A stretch of DNA of 64,000 nt from Bdellovibrionota bacterium FG-1 (GCA_051382295.1 JBBCAW010000078.1:13558-77557), one strand, 5' to 3'. Positions 41,301-51,048 are shown, counted from the stretch's first letter. Numbers and translations are program-made. Notes: generated by a model from the sequence alone, not told the origin.

Positions 41301-41523
41301 TACGATCGCGGGTGCCATTCCTCAAGCCCTTTCCTTTGGCTCTGGAAGCGAAGTGATTCGACCTATGGCGATATCCGTCATCGGCGGCGTTTTGGTTTCG
41401 ACCTTTTTGACGCTCTTTGTGGTGCCATGCGCCTATAGCCTCGCTAGCCGCCTTGAAAGTGGAAAGCACAAAAAGGAACTCCATGAAGCAATGGTCCTTT
41501 TGGGAGAGAAGCCCGCACATTAG
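38380..41523 (+). CDS. RND efflux transporter permease (AcrB/AcrD/AcrF family)
   Basis: PDVDFP, GIVVDDAIMVLEN, GIVKKNSILLVEF, RLRPILMTS. Confidence 0.95.
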   Translation: MTLSDLSIKKPVFAWMLMAGLLVFGAISYSFMGISQLPDVDFPVVTIQITWPGASPDVMENAVADIIENAVMSVDGIQLVQSTSQQAMTQITIQFSLAQDINVALQQVQTKISQAQKNLPQTIDPPVITKTNPNDQPIMWTAAYSENGTLRDLALFVRDHLRDTITTVNGVGDVLMGGFVDPQMRIWLHPDEMRKREITAHDIIDAINNEHQLAPTGYQDRGNTETYIRVHSEFKNAQECNDLIIPARLGSPIWTKLRIGDVATCAEDTDEIRRISRYAGIQPTIGLGIIKQHGTNAVAIGDAVKKKITQLEDVLPKGMKMGIVTDTTVFIKDAIKELLSTLGMAVLLTAMVCYLFLGSWSSAFNVILAIPVSLIGSFIVLNALGFTINTFTLMGLSLSIGIVVDDAIMVLENITRHNELGKTRVHAALVGAREITGAATASSLAILAIFVPVVFMKGIIGKFFYQFGVTLSVAVMLSLLEALTLAPMRCSQFLVIGKGNFVTQKVSHAMDWLARLYRKALVFCLNWRWTVLLIATTVFVGSLFSTGALRKEFIPPQDQSRFLVTLYTKMGSSIQFTDGIFREAEKIYKARPEVQTYYVAVGGFGGGLVNQGISFITLKAPENRPIVAPFKKAPTQQEFMAFLRGELVKIPGVQRATILDLSLTGFSAQRGYPIEFVLQGPDWNKLVELSLAMRKKLAASGQMADVDSDYNPNMPETEVIPDRAKAAVRGIPVTTIASTIAAMVGGMKLLPNKYTDQSGHRDDIQIKLAPGENQGPADISKLWVRNVHGEILPLKEVITIEPGSTLLTITRYNRERGISVYGNFKPGKSQADVINYVKKLAKETLPEGYHITLAGSSQAFNESFNSLMLALILGIFVAYMVLASQFNSFLHPAIILLALPFSLTGALWAMRITDISLNIYSVIGILLLMGIVKKNSILLVEFTNHKRLEGFSVRDALIEACPVRLRPILMTSIATIAGAIPQALSFGSGSEVIRPMAISVIGGVLVSTFLTLFVVPCAYSLASRLESGKHKKELHEAMVLLGEKPAH

Positions 41524-41582
41524 CATTGCCGGTCAACGGTCATTACGTTATTAGTCAGAGGTCATTTATCTTTTAAAAATGT

Positions 41583-41658
41583 GGGGCTGTAGCTCAGTTG
41601 GTAGAGCGTCGCGTTCGCAATGCGAAGGTCGTCGGTTCGATCCCGATCAGCTCCACCA
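41583..41658 (+). tRNA. tRNA-Ala (CGC)
   Basis: GGGGCTG/CAGCTCC acceptor with G3:U70; anticodon arm TCGCG-TT-CGC-AA-TGCGA; CCA end. Confidence 0.96.
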
Positions 41659-41699
41659 ACGCAACTATTCGTAATTAAAGAAGAATTTTAATTATCACC

Positions 41700-41734
41700 A
41701 AGCGCTACTGGGGCTGCCCCGGGGCGCTTTTTTT
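41700..41734 (+). terminator. Terminator after tRNA-Ala
   Basis: AGCGC..CTGGGG-CTG-CCCCGG..GCGC followed by a T run. Confidence 0.7.
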
Positions 41735-41854
41735 GTTTGCGTAGCATTAGCGTAGCACGTCGAGAATATGCATGAGCGCATCGCGGCCATGAGCATTCCC
41801 CTTCAATTTTTCCGTTAACAACATTGCAAATGCGCTCGTGCCGCAAACACTTCC

Positions 41855-42247
41855 CTAGTGAATCCGGCGCACCAAAGCTTCCAATAATGCGCAATGCTCG
41901 TCACGAATGCGATCAAAAATTTGCGCAGCAAAATCCTCTTTGTAGGTATGGGAAGTCAGGTTTCGATCCACCTTCATTTTGAGCCATCCATCCTGCTCGA
42001 GTTCACCAATCAACTTCATCTGAAATCCGGCTTGAATCGCCTGCAGAGGGGTGGCTACCTCCAACCCCTCCTCTTCCGCTATTTTTTTGAGCGTTTTCCA
42101 CGCGAGCTCATAGCTAAACTCAAAAGCCTGAATGACGCCTGCTCGGTCCCGATCGGTCATTACTGGCGTGGTCAAAAACTCCCGAAGTTTCATTACCGCC
42201 CGAGACAAATTATCGATCGCCTGTTTTTCACGTAGGGTGTTTTTCAT
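41855..42247 (-). CDS. HEPN toxin (HI0074-like nucleotidyltransferase substrate-binding family)
   Basis: GVIQAFEFSYELAWK, DRNLTSHTY (RX4H). Confidence 0.9.
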   Translation of the reverse strand: MKNTLREKQAIDNLSRAVMKLREFLTTPVMTDRDRAGVIQAFEFSYELAWKTLKKIAEEEGLEVATPLQAIQAGFQMKLIGELEQDGWLKMKVDRNLTSHTYKEDFAAQIFDRIRDEHCALLEALVRRIH

Positions 42248-42581
42248 AAATCACAAGCCCTTCTACTTGAATATTCTGTTTAAGCTTTGAGTCAGCCTGA
42301 GCGAGATCGATTAAATCGTAACGATGCAAACTCGGAGGATCCTGATCCATCCACGCCAAAAACTGCGCCCACCCTTGAGTGGCCGCTGCAGGAAAATCGA
42401 AAGCCAAATCGAAATCAGACCGACTTTTTGCATCACCCCGTGCTCGGGACCCAAATAAAAAAATTTGGCGGGGCGCAAAACATTTGACGGCCTCCGCCAC
42501 CAAAACAACCAATGGCTTGGGCAAAAGCGCCAACCGCTGATCAATCGATACGGTTTTCAATGCATGAGCTGTCCAAGTCAT
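42228..42581 (-). CDS. Minimal nucleotidyltransferase (MNT) antitoxin
   Basis: LFGSRARGD...SDFDL, DLID; overlaps HEPN start. Confidence 0.9.
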   Translation of the reverse strand: MTWTAHALKTVSIDQRLALLPKPLVVLVAEAVKCFAPRQIFLFGSRARGDAKSRSDFDLAFDFPAAATQGWAQFLAWMDQDPPSLHRYDLIDLAQADSKLKQNIQVEGLVIYEKHPT

Positions 42582-42749
42582 GTCTCATTTTACCAATAAT
42601 CGTAACAAATGGAAATGATGGATAAAACGCTCCCTGAGTTACCCTCCATCGGAATATTTATGCATCAAGACGGAACCTGTAATCATGACAAGTAGTTAAG
42701 CCTAAGAAATCACGGCATAATACGACCAGCCCTTAATTTACCAAAACAC

Positions 42750-42776
42750 TCAAGTTTTATTATAGAATAACGATAG
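42750..42776 (+). promoter_or_regulatory. sigma28/FliA-like promoter, copy 1
   Basis: TCAAGTTT-N11-AACGATAG vs consensus TAAAGTTT-N11-GCCGATAA. Confidence 0.6.
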
Positions 42777-42793
42777 GAGGACTACGAGGGTCT

Positions 42794-45259
42794 ATGTCCG
42801 TATCCCGGTATATCCCATTACTCGCCTACTGCCTATTCGCCGCAGGGCTGATGTCATGCGATGATTCGGGCGTCACCACGACCGTGACGATCGAACCCAC
42901 GCCTATCGTACCGACTCCCGTCGTATCCAGTGATATCAGCTTCGCGGGCGCGACGGGGGCGATCAACCTGGACGGCACCCAGATCACGATTTCCTGGAAC
43001 GCGGCCACGGGCACTTTTGTTCGTTATCGCGTCTACGAAGTGCAAGCCGATGGAAGTCTCAGTACCATCGCCTCGCTGCCTTCTTCCATCACCTCGTACA
43101 CCGCCACCGGCCTGACCGTCGGAACCCTCCATAGCTACATCGTTCGTACCGTGGATGCCGCCAACGCCACCGACGGCAATACCGTGGTCGTGAGCGCGAT
43201 GACTTATGCCGGAATCAGCTCCACCAGCGGGATTGGGCAGACTTCCGCGACGCTGAAGTTTGCGGCCTGTAATATAGCCGATAGCGTGAACATCTATTGC
43301 TCGCTCCGGGGGGGCGCCTACGCGCTGACCGCAACGGTGGCGGCCACGCAAACCTCCGCGTCCCTCACCGGACTTCAAAGCGGTGCAAGTTATACCTGCA
43401 AAGCATTGGCAGTCAGCCAGCTTGGCTTCGAAGACGGCAACACGGCCACCAAGACTTTTCAAACGGTGCCCACTCACACCGCCAACTACAAAGGACCGAT
43501 CCTCGTCCAAGCTTTCGGGGAGGCCGGGGATGCTTCATGGACGCCCTACACAGGCCAACCCAAAGCTCGACAAGTCAGGATTACGTGGAAACCATTTACC
43601 GGCGCCAACGCCTCCACGCTCTACAAGCTCGTCCGCGTAGCAAAAGATGGCGTCATCGATACCACGGTGACCAACGCTTGTACTGCGGCCACAAACAGCT
43701 CATGCGTGGTGCAATGCCCTGCGAGCGCGATCACAGGTACCGTGATCAGTGACGACTCGGCTAATCTCATCGGCACGGCCCCCAAAACCTGTACGGACAA
43801 CAACGTCGCGGCATCACCCACTCAGTACGATTACTACATCGCACAGGTAATAAACGGATGGACCGAAGAGTCGCCCACCGCCGCCAATGGGGGCGATAGC
43901 GCTTACCGAATCACGGTACCGATCCCGCCGCATGATATGGTGCTCGTGCATCGAGATTCGGCCAATTATGAAATGTGCAATCTCATGGGCAAATCCGACA
44001 TGGATCCAACCCATCACCAACGCTGCGCCTATACCGGGCTCGGCGCGGTTCCGACTAACTCCAATCCGGGCAATCCGGCGCTCAATCTGGATCCAGGCTA
44101 TTATGATTTTGGTTACAATTTTTTTGTGGATCGTTGGGTGGCGGGGTGTAATTGGAGTCCGAGTGCGGCGACTACGAACGGCACCGGTAAATGCGGCGCG
44201 GGCCGCACCAACGGCGATTGCTTTGGCAATGTAAACCCCGACGCGAGCCTCGGCGTGGACGGCAACGTCTACTATGACTGGAGCGGTGGTTACTGCTGGG
44301 TGAACGTCGCGCAGACGTGGAGGCAGATGAATGAAACATCACTGACGAGTTCGCAACGCTTGCAAGCCTACACGAACACCCCCAGTACAACCGTTAAAAA
44401 GCCGCCCTTAGTCTACTTTGATCAAAACCGCGGGGCCGATATCTGCGCCGCCGTGACCGACCCAGATTATGGCGCTAAAAGACTTTTGAGACGCCGCGAG
44501 CAGATCGTCGCGTCGGCGTGGCCTTCAATTACGGGCGAACCGCACGCCGTGAATGATAGCGAAATCAATTATCTCGAAGGCGGCATGAATCACCCCATCA
44601 CCCACGCTTGCAACTCGAACATTCATTACGGCGTCAGCGCGGTCGGCAAGACGTTCAATGATTCGGGATATGAACTCGCCCGAAGCGCGGCATCCGGACC
44701 GGAGTCGTTTGTGATCGGGAGCACGAGTACCGCCAACTGTATTTCGCGTTTTGGCGCCCAAGATATGGCCGGAAACGTGCTGCAGTGGATCAGCGACCAG
44801 CTCGGTACTTGTGCTGCGGCCACGCACTCCTGCGCAGGTGCCACGAGCCTTTTGGATAGTGGCAACACCGATTTGAGCGGCTTTATGTTTGATGGGTTGG
44901 GTGGCGGCACGGGCAATCACGGCCCAGGTGGGGGTGCGGCCGCCGTAACGGCCTGGCAACTCTCTCTGGGTACGTTCAGTTCTACTTATTTTTCCGTGCC
45001 GCTCGGGCTCCCTCTCGTTGGCAATGATAGCGGTAATGCTGTGACGACCAGTAACTTTGGCTCAGTCGGCGCCAAATTTCATAGCAACTACATTTCGCTC
45101 AACACGGATGTCGCCACTGGTGTCCCTGCCCGAGGGGCGTATGTCGGGGGCCATTGGAGTTATGGTTCGTATAATGGCCGTTTCACGTTAATGGTAGGCA
45201 ATATCCCGACAACTGCTGACTCTGGAATCGGCATCCGTTGTGGGCTTCCGGCGGAGTAG
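42794..45259 (+). CDS. Lipoprotein paralog 1: Thr/Pro linker, 2x FN3, FGE-sulfatase/C-type-lectin-fold C-terminal domain
   Basis: Lipobox LMSC; FN3 W..Y..L..Y patterns; FFVDRW, KRLL..RE, FGAQDMAGNV-x-QW, GGHW, IGIRC. Confidence 0.85.
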   Translation: MSVSRYIPLLAYCLFAAGLMSCDDSGVTTTVTIEPTPIVPTPVVSSDISFAGATGAINLDGTQITISWNAATGTFVRYRVYEVQADGSLSTIASLPSSITSYTATGLTVGTLHSYIVRTVDAANATDGNTVVVSAMTYAGISSTSGIGQTSATLKFAACNIADSVNIYCSLRGGAYALTATVAATQTSASLTGLQSGASYTCKALAVSQLGFEDGNTATKTFQTVPTHTANYKGPILVQAFGEAGDASWTPYTGQPKARQVRITWKPFTGANASTLYKLVRVAKDGVIDTTVTNACTAATNSSCVVQCPASAITGTVISDDSANLIGTAPKTCTDNNVAASPTQYDYYIAQVINGWTEESPTAANGGDSAYRITVPIPPHDMVLVHRDSANYEMCNLMGKSDMDPTHHQRCAYTGLGAVPTNSNPGNPALNLDPGYYDFGYNFFVDRWVAGCNWSPSAATTNGTGKCGAGRTNGDCFGNVNPDASLGVDGNVYYDWSGGYCWVNVAQTWRQMNETSLTSSQRLQAYTNTPSTTVKKPPLVYFDQNRGADICAAVTDPDYGAKRLLRRREQIVASAWPSITGEPHAVNDSEINYLEGGMNHPITHACNSNIHYGVSAVGKTFNDSGYELARSAASGPESFVIGSTSTANCISRFGAQDMAGNVLQWISDQLGTCAAATHSCAGATSLLDSGNTDLSGFMFDGLGGGTGNHGPGGGAAAVTAWQLSLGTFSSTYFSVPLGLPLVGNDSGNAVTTSNFGSVGAKFHSNYISLNTDVATGVPARGAYVGGHWSYGSYNGRFTLMVGNIPTTADSGIGIRCGLPAE

Positions 45260-45293
45260 GTGGGCGCTCTGTGGTCACGGCTTTGCCGCGCAG

Positions 45294-45623
45294 TTAAGCG
45301 GCGTACTTCTTTCGCTTCTCGGCCAGGAGCTTGGATGCCTTTTTGCTCACACGCGCAACCTCTTTTTTGAAAGTCCCTGCGGCGCCCTCGGGAAAGAGGA
45401 TGAAAGCCGGGTCAATGCCCAGGGCAGCGCCAATGAGGCTTGCCCGACGGGTGCCAATCTCCACCTTGTCATTTTCGATCAAACTCAGGTTCGACTCTGC
45501 AATTTCGGTCATTTCACCCAGTTCTTTGAGCGTAATTTTCCAGTTTCGCCGGTGAGCCCGGATCACCGAGCCGGAAGTGGAGGGGGCCTTAACTTGACTA
45601 ATGACTTCCAATAAATTTTTCAT
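45294..45623 (-). CDS. XRE-family HTH antitoxin (HigA-like)
   Basis: ITLKELGEMTEIAESNLSLIENDK HTH; downstream of toxin. Confidence 0.8.
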   Translation of the reverse strand: MKNLLEVISQVKAPSTSGSVIRAHRRNWKITLKELGEMTEIAESNLSLIENDKVEIGTRRASLIGAALGIDPAFILFPEGAAGTFKKEVARVSKKASKLLAEKRKKYAA

Positions 45624-45625
45624 AA

Positions 45626-45928
45626 TTACTTCTCCTTTTTCTGATAATCGTGGTCTGCGGTGATCCTGACTACCATGACCGTGATGATCTGATCTTCCAC
45701 TTTGTAGATGATCCTACCTTTGTAGCTGAAGCCCGACGAACGATGTTCCGACCACTCACCAAAGAGCGGATGATCAGCCCACTTGTGGGGCTGCTCTTGC
45801 AACTTTTCAGGCCCATACTTCACGACGGTTTTTGCCCAAGTCTGGATGGTTTCAAGATCATCGGCCGAGAGGCTTTTAGTTTTAAATATTTCCGCAGCCT
45901 CATCAGTGATAATCACTTTCCATGCCAT
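45626..45928 (-). CDS. RelE/YafQ/HigB-superfamily toxin
   Basis: W-x-V, DHPL-x-GEW..HRS, RIIY, V-x-V-x-I..HDY. Confidence 0.8.
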   Translation of the reverse strand: MAWKVIITDEAAEIFKTKSLSADDLETIQTWAKTVVKYGPEKLQEQPHKWADHPLFGEWSEHRSSGFSYKGRIIYKVEDQIITVMVVRITADHDYQKKEK

Positions 45929-46103
45929 ATTATCGTTTATAATAACTTATTAAAAAGAGTAAGTCTAGTTCCATTCTTGATCAGGGCCTGAGCTAGGGCT
46001 TTGGGAAGCGCATTGGAACGGCACCTGAAACCGGGGGATACCACCCATCGTCGTCCGCCTAAGTGCATGAAATTATTAAGTTACCTATATTTAACCAAAA
46101 CAC

Positions 46104-46130
46104 TCAAGTTTTATTATACAATAACGATAG
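46104..46130 (+). promoter_or_regulatory. sigma28/FliA-like promoter, copy 2
   Basis: TCAAGTTT-N11-AACGATAG. Confidence 0.6.
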
Positions 46131-46147
46131 GAGAACTAAGAGGCCCT

Positions 46148-48607
46148 ATGTCGGAATCTCGGTCTATTCCATTACTCGCCTACTGCCTATTCGCCATAGG
46201 GCTGGCGTCTTGCGTGACCCCCGACGAAGCAGGACTGACGCCCACTGCCACCCCCTCAGCCGAGCCTACGCCTGCCGCCTCGAACGTGATGAGTTTTGCG
46301 GGCGCGACCCAAGCCGTTAACTTGGACGGTACGCGAATCCAAATTTCCTGGAATGCGGCTGCGGGAGATTTTGCGCACTACCTCGTGTACGAACTGCAAG
46401 ACGACGGCACCCTCAAGCTCTTGGTGACGCTGCCGCCGGCCCTCACCACGTACCCGGTCATCGGCCTGACCGCCGGGACGCTGCATAACTACATCGTTCG
46501 CGCCGTAGATGCCTCGAACGTCACCGATGCAAATCACGTCGTCGTGAGCGCAATCACCTACGCCGGAATCAGCTCAACGAGCGGCGTCGGCCAGACTTCC
46601 GCGACGCTAAATTTTCCAGCCGGCGGGAGCGCCGCGCAGCTCAACCTCTATTGCTCCGAACGCGGGGCCGATCCAGCACTCCTCGCCACAGTCGGACCAA
46701 GCGCCACGAGCGCCACGCTCACGGGCCTGAAGCCAGGGACCACTTACGTTTGTAAAGCCCTGGCCCAAAGCTTATTTGGCATCGAGGATTCTAATACCGT
46801 CACCAAGACCTTTCAAACGATACCCACTCATATCACCCATTACAAAGGACCAATCCTCGTGCAGGCGTTCGGGGCGGCCGGAGATGCTTCGTGGACGCCC
46901 TACACGGGCCAACCCAAAAACAGACAAGTCAGAATTACCTGGAAGCCGTTTGCGGGCGCCAGCGGCTCCACGCTTTACAAACTCGTCCGCGTGGCAAAAG
47001 ACGGCATCATCGATACTCTGGTCACAAATGCCTGTACCGCAGGCACCAGTAGCTCATGCGTGGTGCAATGCCCTGCGAGCGCAACCACGGGCACCGTGAT
47101 CAGTGACGACTCGGCTAACCTCGTCGGTCAAGCGGCAAAAACCTGCACGGATAATAACGTCGCGGCCTCGCCGACCCAATACGATTACTACGTCACCCAG
47201 GTGATCAGTGGCTGGGTCGAAGAATCGCCGGCCCCCTCAAACGGCGGCGATAGTGCTTACCGCATCACTGTACCCATCCCTCCGCATGACATGGTGCTCG
47301 TGCATCGGGATTCAGCCAATTATGAAATGTGTAGTCTCATGGGCAAGACCGATATGGACCCCACCCATCACCAACGCTGCGCCTATACTGGGCTCGGTGC
47401 GGTTCCAACTAACTCTCATCCGGGTAATCCGGCGCTTAATCTGGAGCCAGGGTATTATGACTTTGGTTACAATCTCTTTATAGACCGTTGGGCGGCGGCG
47501 TGTAATTGGAGCCCGAGTGCGGCGACGGCGGGCAGCACTGGCAAATGCGGAGCCGGGCGCACCAACGGCGACTGCTTTGGCAATGCCTACCCCCCCGACG
47601 CGAGCATCGGCGTGGATGGCAACGTCTACTACGACTGGAACTACGGTATGTGCTGGGTGAACGTCGCGCAGACGTGGATCGACACGACTGGCACAACACC
47701 TACTGCCTCGCAGCGAATGCAAGCCTACACGAACACCCCCAGTACGACCGTCAAAAAGCCCCCCTTTGTGTATGTCACGCAATCCGGGGCGGCTGATACT
47801 TGTGGTGCGGTGATCGACCCGGATTATGGCGCGAAGCGGCTCTTAAGACGTCGTGAGCAAGTCGCCGCGGCCGCTTGGCCCGCACTCGTTGGGGAACCTC
47901 GCGCCATGACAGATAGCGCGATCACTACGCTCTTAAGCGGCTTTGATCACCCCAACGCCCATGTTTGTAACTCGAACACTCATAACGGCGTAAGCGCGGT
48001 CGGCAAGACTTTCAATGATTCAGGATATGAACTCGTCCGAAGCGCGGCATCCGGCCCAGACTCGTTTATGATCGGGAGTACGGGGACGGCCAACTGCGTG
48101 TCTCGTTTTGGCGCGCAAGACCTAGGCGGCAATGATTGGATGTGGATCAGCGACCAGCTCGGAAGTTGCAGTGCCGCTACGCACTCCTGCTCAGGGATCA
48201 CGAGCCCTTTCGATAGCGGCAATACGGATTGGAACGGGTTTCAGTTTGACGGGTTAGGCGGTGCTACGGGCAATCACGGTCCCGGTGGCGGTGCGGTCAA
48301 CATAACGGGGTGGTTTCTCAATATCATTTCGTTCAATGCTACCTATCTTTCCTTGCCACTTGGGCTCCCTCTCGTGGGCAATGATGGCGGCAACGCTACC
48401 ACGATCAGCACCCTCGGCGCAGCCGGCGCCAAACTTCAGTACGACAATTTTGCGCTCTATACGGATAACGGCAATGCCACCCGAGGGGCATATGTCGGAG
48501 GTCCTGTTAATTGGGGTGCCGCTGGACGTTTCATGCTCTACTTGTACCAGCCACCGTCGAACTATGGCTCTACGATCGGTTTCCGCTGTGCGCTTCCGGC
48601 GGAGTGA
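46148..48607 (+). CDS. Lipoprotein paralog 2 (FN3 + FGE-sulfatase/CLec fold)
   Basis: Start ATG 46148 by homology to the other paralogs; lipobox LASC; ends IGFRCALPAE. Confidence 0.85.
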   Translation: MSESRSIPLLAYCLFAIGLASCVTPDEAGLTPTATPSAEPTPAASNVMSFAGATQAVNLDGTRIQISWNAAAGDFAHYLVYELQDDGTLKLLVTLPPALTTYPVIGLTAGTLHNYIVRAVDASNVTDANHVVVSAITYAGISSTSGVGQTSATLNFPAGGSAAQLNLYCSERGADPALLATVGPSATSATLTGLKPGTTYVCKALAQSLFGIEDSNTVTKTFQTIPTHITHYKGPILVQAFGAAGDASWTPYTGQPKNRQVRITWKPFAGASGSTLYKLVRVAKDGIIDTLVTNACTAGTSSSCVVQCPASATTGTVISDDSANLVGQAAKTCTDNNVAASPTQYDYYVTQVISGWVEESPAPSNGGDSAYRITVPIPPHDMVLVHRDSANYEMCSLMGKTDMDPTHHQRCAYTGLGAVPTNSHPGNPALNLEPGYYDFGYNLFIDRWAAACNWSPSAATAGSTGKCGAGRTNGDCFGNAYPPDASIGVDGNVYYDWNYGMCWVNVAQTWIDTTGTTPTASQRMQAYTNTPSTTVKKPPFVYVTQSGAADTCGAVIDPDYGAKRLLRRREQVAAAAWPALVGEPRAMTDSAITTLLSGFDHPNAHVCNSNTHNGVSAVGKTFNDSGYELVRSAASGPDSFMIGSTGTANCVSRFGAQDLGGNDWMWISDQLGSCSAATHSCSGITSPFDSGNTDWNGFQFDGLGGATGNHGPGGGAVNITGWFLNIISFNATYLSLPLGLPLVGNDGGNATTISTLGAAGAKLQYDNFALYTDNGNATRGAYVGGPVNWGAAGRFMLYLYQPPSNYGSTIGFRCALPAE

Positions 48608-50112
48608 GTGGTCTCCTGAATCACTCTCTCCAGCTGGGTAATCTCCTCGTCCTTGAGCATGTGAAAGAACTTCGCGCGCTTCGCCGCGCTCAGGCGCCCG
48701 CCATTATGGAGGCAAAATTTGATGAACTGGTCGATCTTCTGGTCCGGCATATCGATTATTCCCTGGATTCCATTTTTAATCCGGTCGTAACTTACCAGGA
48801 GGTTAAGTTCCGTGGGTAGCTCGGTTTCAATGGTTTCCTCCAGGACCTGAAACATTGTTTCGCAGATCTTCGTCATGTCAATGGATCTGTAGTGCCTTGC
48901 TGTTTCGTTTCTCACTTCCATGGTGCCATCGGCATCCAGGGTGTAATCGATCAATGGCATGAGAGCGGTTGAAAAAGCTTCGAGGATTTCGTCGTACCTT
49001 CGGATATTCCTTAGAAGTGTCGCCGAGACCGGAAAGATCACCCCCTCTGGCGTGAACCGGCTAGCCGCCAGGATGTGGTGAATCAGAAAGCGGTGAATGC
49101 GGCCATTGCCGTCATCGAAGGGATGGATAAAAACGAAGCCAAAGGCGATGGCTGTGGCATGAACCACGGGATAAACTCCGGACCTGAACATTCGCGCGTG
49201 GGATTGCAGCAGGCCGTCCATGAGGGGGCGCACGTCTTGTGGTTTTGGCGGGACGTAATGAACCAGTTCGCGGTCCAAGCTGATGCTTTCCCCGATGTAG
49301 TTTTGGGTGGTCCGATAATCCGGATTGATAAAGCGCGCGTCAACGATCTGGTTTTGAAGCCAGACGAGCTGTTCGCGCGTGAGAAAATCTTTTCTACCCG
49401 CCGCTTTAAGTGTCGCGACGAAGCGGGAGACGCGCGCCTCGTCAGGCTGGTCGCGCTCGATCTCGTAGGAGGACTTCGTTTCCTTCGTATAGAGATAATG
49501 AACAGCGCGGCTGATCACGTCTTCCGGATACTCGCGGATGATGTTGACGGTTCGTTGGTCGAGTTTTTTGTCCTCGAACTGCGCGAGCAGCGGAGTGCGC
49601 CTGACGAAGGGACAAAACGTTCGATCGCCTAAAAGGTTGTCGTTGATCCGGTGTCTGCGGCTTTGGACTCGCACCCCGGTGTAATAGCGGATGGGGTCCA
49701 GAAGGTCGACGTAGTTTCCCATGTCGAGATCGGGAATTCCGTTGAGCCGATTGCCGGTCAGCAGTTCATACAAATACCAGAGCTGACGTGCTCGGGTGCC
49801 AGTTCGTTTTTTGAGGACATATTCGACGATTGAGGCAGGGTCGATTTTCTCGAAGACCGCTCCCAAGATCTCCAGATTCACTCCTTCGTACCTCAGGGCA
49901 AAGCTGACCTGCGAAACCAGGTCGGTGCCTGGATCGTAGCTCTTGGGGTACTGCTCCTCGATCAAGCCATTGGCCTGCTGGAAGGTCTTCCTTCCCCCGC
50001 GCTCGGCGATGGTGCTTGTTTGGAAATGGGGGATGACTTTCAGATCGAACTGCCTCACGAGCGCCTGGTAACCGACCTGCTTCCATTCATTTGTTGACAA
50101 AGAGTTCTCCAA
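48562..50112 (-). CDS. Fic-family protein
   Basis: HPFDDGNGRIHR Fic motif; ETKSSYEIE; 3' end overlaps paralog 2 by 46 bp; start uncertain. Confidence 0.9.
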   Translation of the reverse strand: MENSLSTNEWKQVGYQALVRQFDLKVIPHFQTSTIAERGGRKTFQQANGLIEEQYPKSYDPGTDLVSQVSFALRYEGVNLEILGAVFEKIDPASIVEYVLKKRTGTRARQLWYLYELLTGNRLNGIPDLDMGNYVDLLDPIRYYTGVRVQSRRHRINDNLLGDRTFCPFVRRTPLLAQFEDKKLDQRTVNIIREYPEDVISRAVHYLYTKETKSSYEIERDQPDEARVSRFVATLKAAGRKDFLTREQLVWLQNQIVDARFINPDYRTTQNYIGESISLDRELVHYVPPKPQDVRPLMDGLLQSHARMFRSGVYPVVHATAIAFGFVFIHPFDDGNGRIHRFLIHHILAASRFTPEGVIFPVSATLLRNIRRYDEILEAFSTALMPLIDYTLDADGTMEVRNETARHYRSIDMTKICETMFQVLEETIETELPTELNLLVSYDRIKNGIQGIIDMPDQKIDQFIKFCLHNGGRLSAAKRAKFFHMLKDEEITQLERVIQETTHSAGSAQRKPIVEP

Positions 50113-50400
50113 AAATCGTTATGAGTCTTTAAAAAGCATTATCGGATTGGATAGCCTATAAAAGTAATTATGATACCTTAAATTTTTATTATATTATGCT
50201 AAATTTTATGAAAAGCATTATCACTCACGTAGCGGGGGTTCTTGGGGTTAGCTAATACTTTGTTGTTAAATTTTCCCAACTAGTTGAAGTTATGTGTCTT
50301 TTTATTTTCCCACGGCGGTATGATGGCGGTCTCTGCCGGGACGGCATGAAAAGCAACATTCCTGAGGCGCATTTCCCAGTTAGTGCTTTATGTGTCTTAA

Positions 50401-51048
50401 AATCGAAGTGTTGCATTACACACAACAAACAAGTCTCAGCAAGCCCCCAGGGCACTAGCCTATCAACAGTGGCAGCCGCAGGAACAGATCTTTCTCGCAG
50501 CGGTCATCCTCCACGACTCTCTTCGCCGCGCTTCATCGCTTACCCAATTCGTGGCAGAATTCGTGCGCATTCATTCCCAGTCGACAGCGCTCAAGCTTTC
50601 GCCCGAAAAGATTCTTGGTCGGGTTTCACGCGCTGTCGCTCATTTTCAGCGTCGTAATCTTGTAACGATTCAACGCGCCGGCAACGAAGTGAGCATTAAC
50701 TTTTCTGCGCCCGAGGTTCTTTGGGCGAGCCTTTGCCGTGATTCCCAACCACTTGTCACGCGCACTCACCCGGTCTTTTTCGATACGAAGGATCTCGACC
50801 TGTATCCGGCAAGCGCTCTATCCGCGCTAAGCCACTATTCTGATCTCTTGCCACCAAAAGTTCCAACATTTGCGATGAGCCGCGCAGAATGGGCGGCCTG
50901 GACGAAGAGGCCGGTTCAAGGCGGTCAAGCCGCGCCCACCGCTAACGTCGAGGTCTGGAAAACAAACCCGAGGTATCTCGAATTAAAAGGAACCGTGAAT
51001 CCGCTTCTGCTCGCCGTGAACTGTAGGCGCGGCCACCACCAGAGATAA
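50401..51048 (+). pseudogene. 5'-truncated wHTH/AbiEi-like (MarR-type) regulator fragment
   Basis: Frame open from 50401 behind stops, with no start codon before the internal GTG at 50551; SALSHYS..P...FA and EVWK-x-NP..L...V-x-PL motifs. Confidence 0.5.

Noticed and set aside
43214..43226. 13-bp match (ATCAGCTCCACCA) to the tRNA-Ala 3' end as a second att site
   Set aside because: It lies in-frame inside lipoprotein 1 (ISST codons), and the paralogs have variant codons at the same position; likely coincidence.
46001..46147. 49-aa N-terminal extension of paralog 2 in the ORF track
   Set aside because: The region contains the conserved promoter block; homology and the signal peptide start at ATG 46148.
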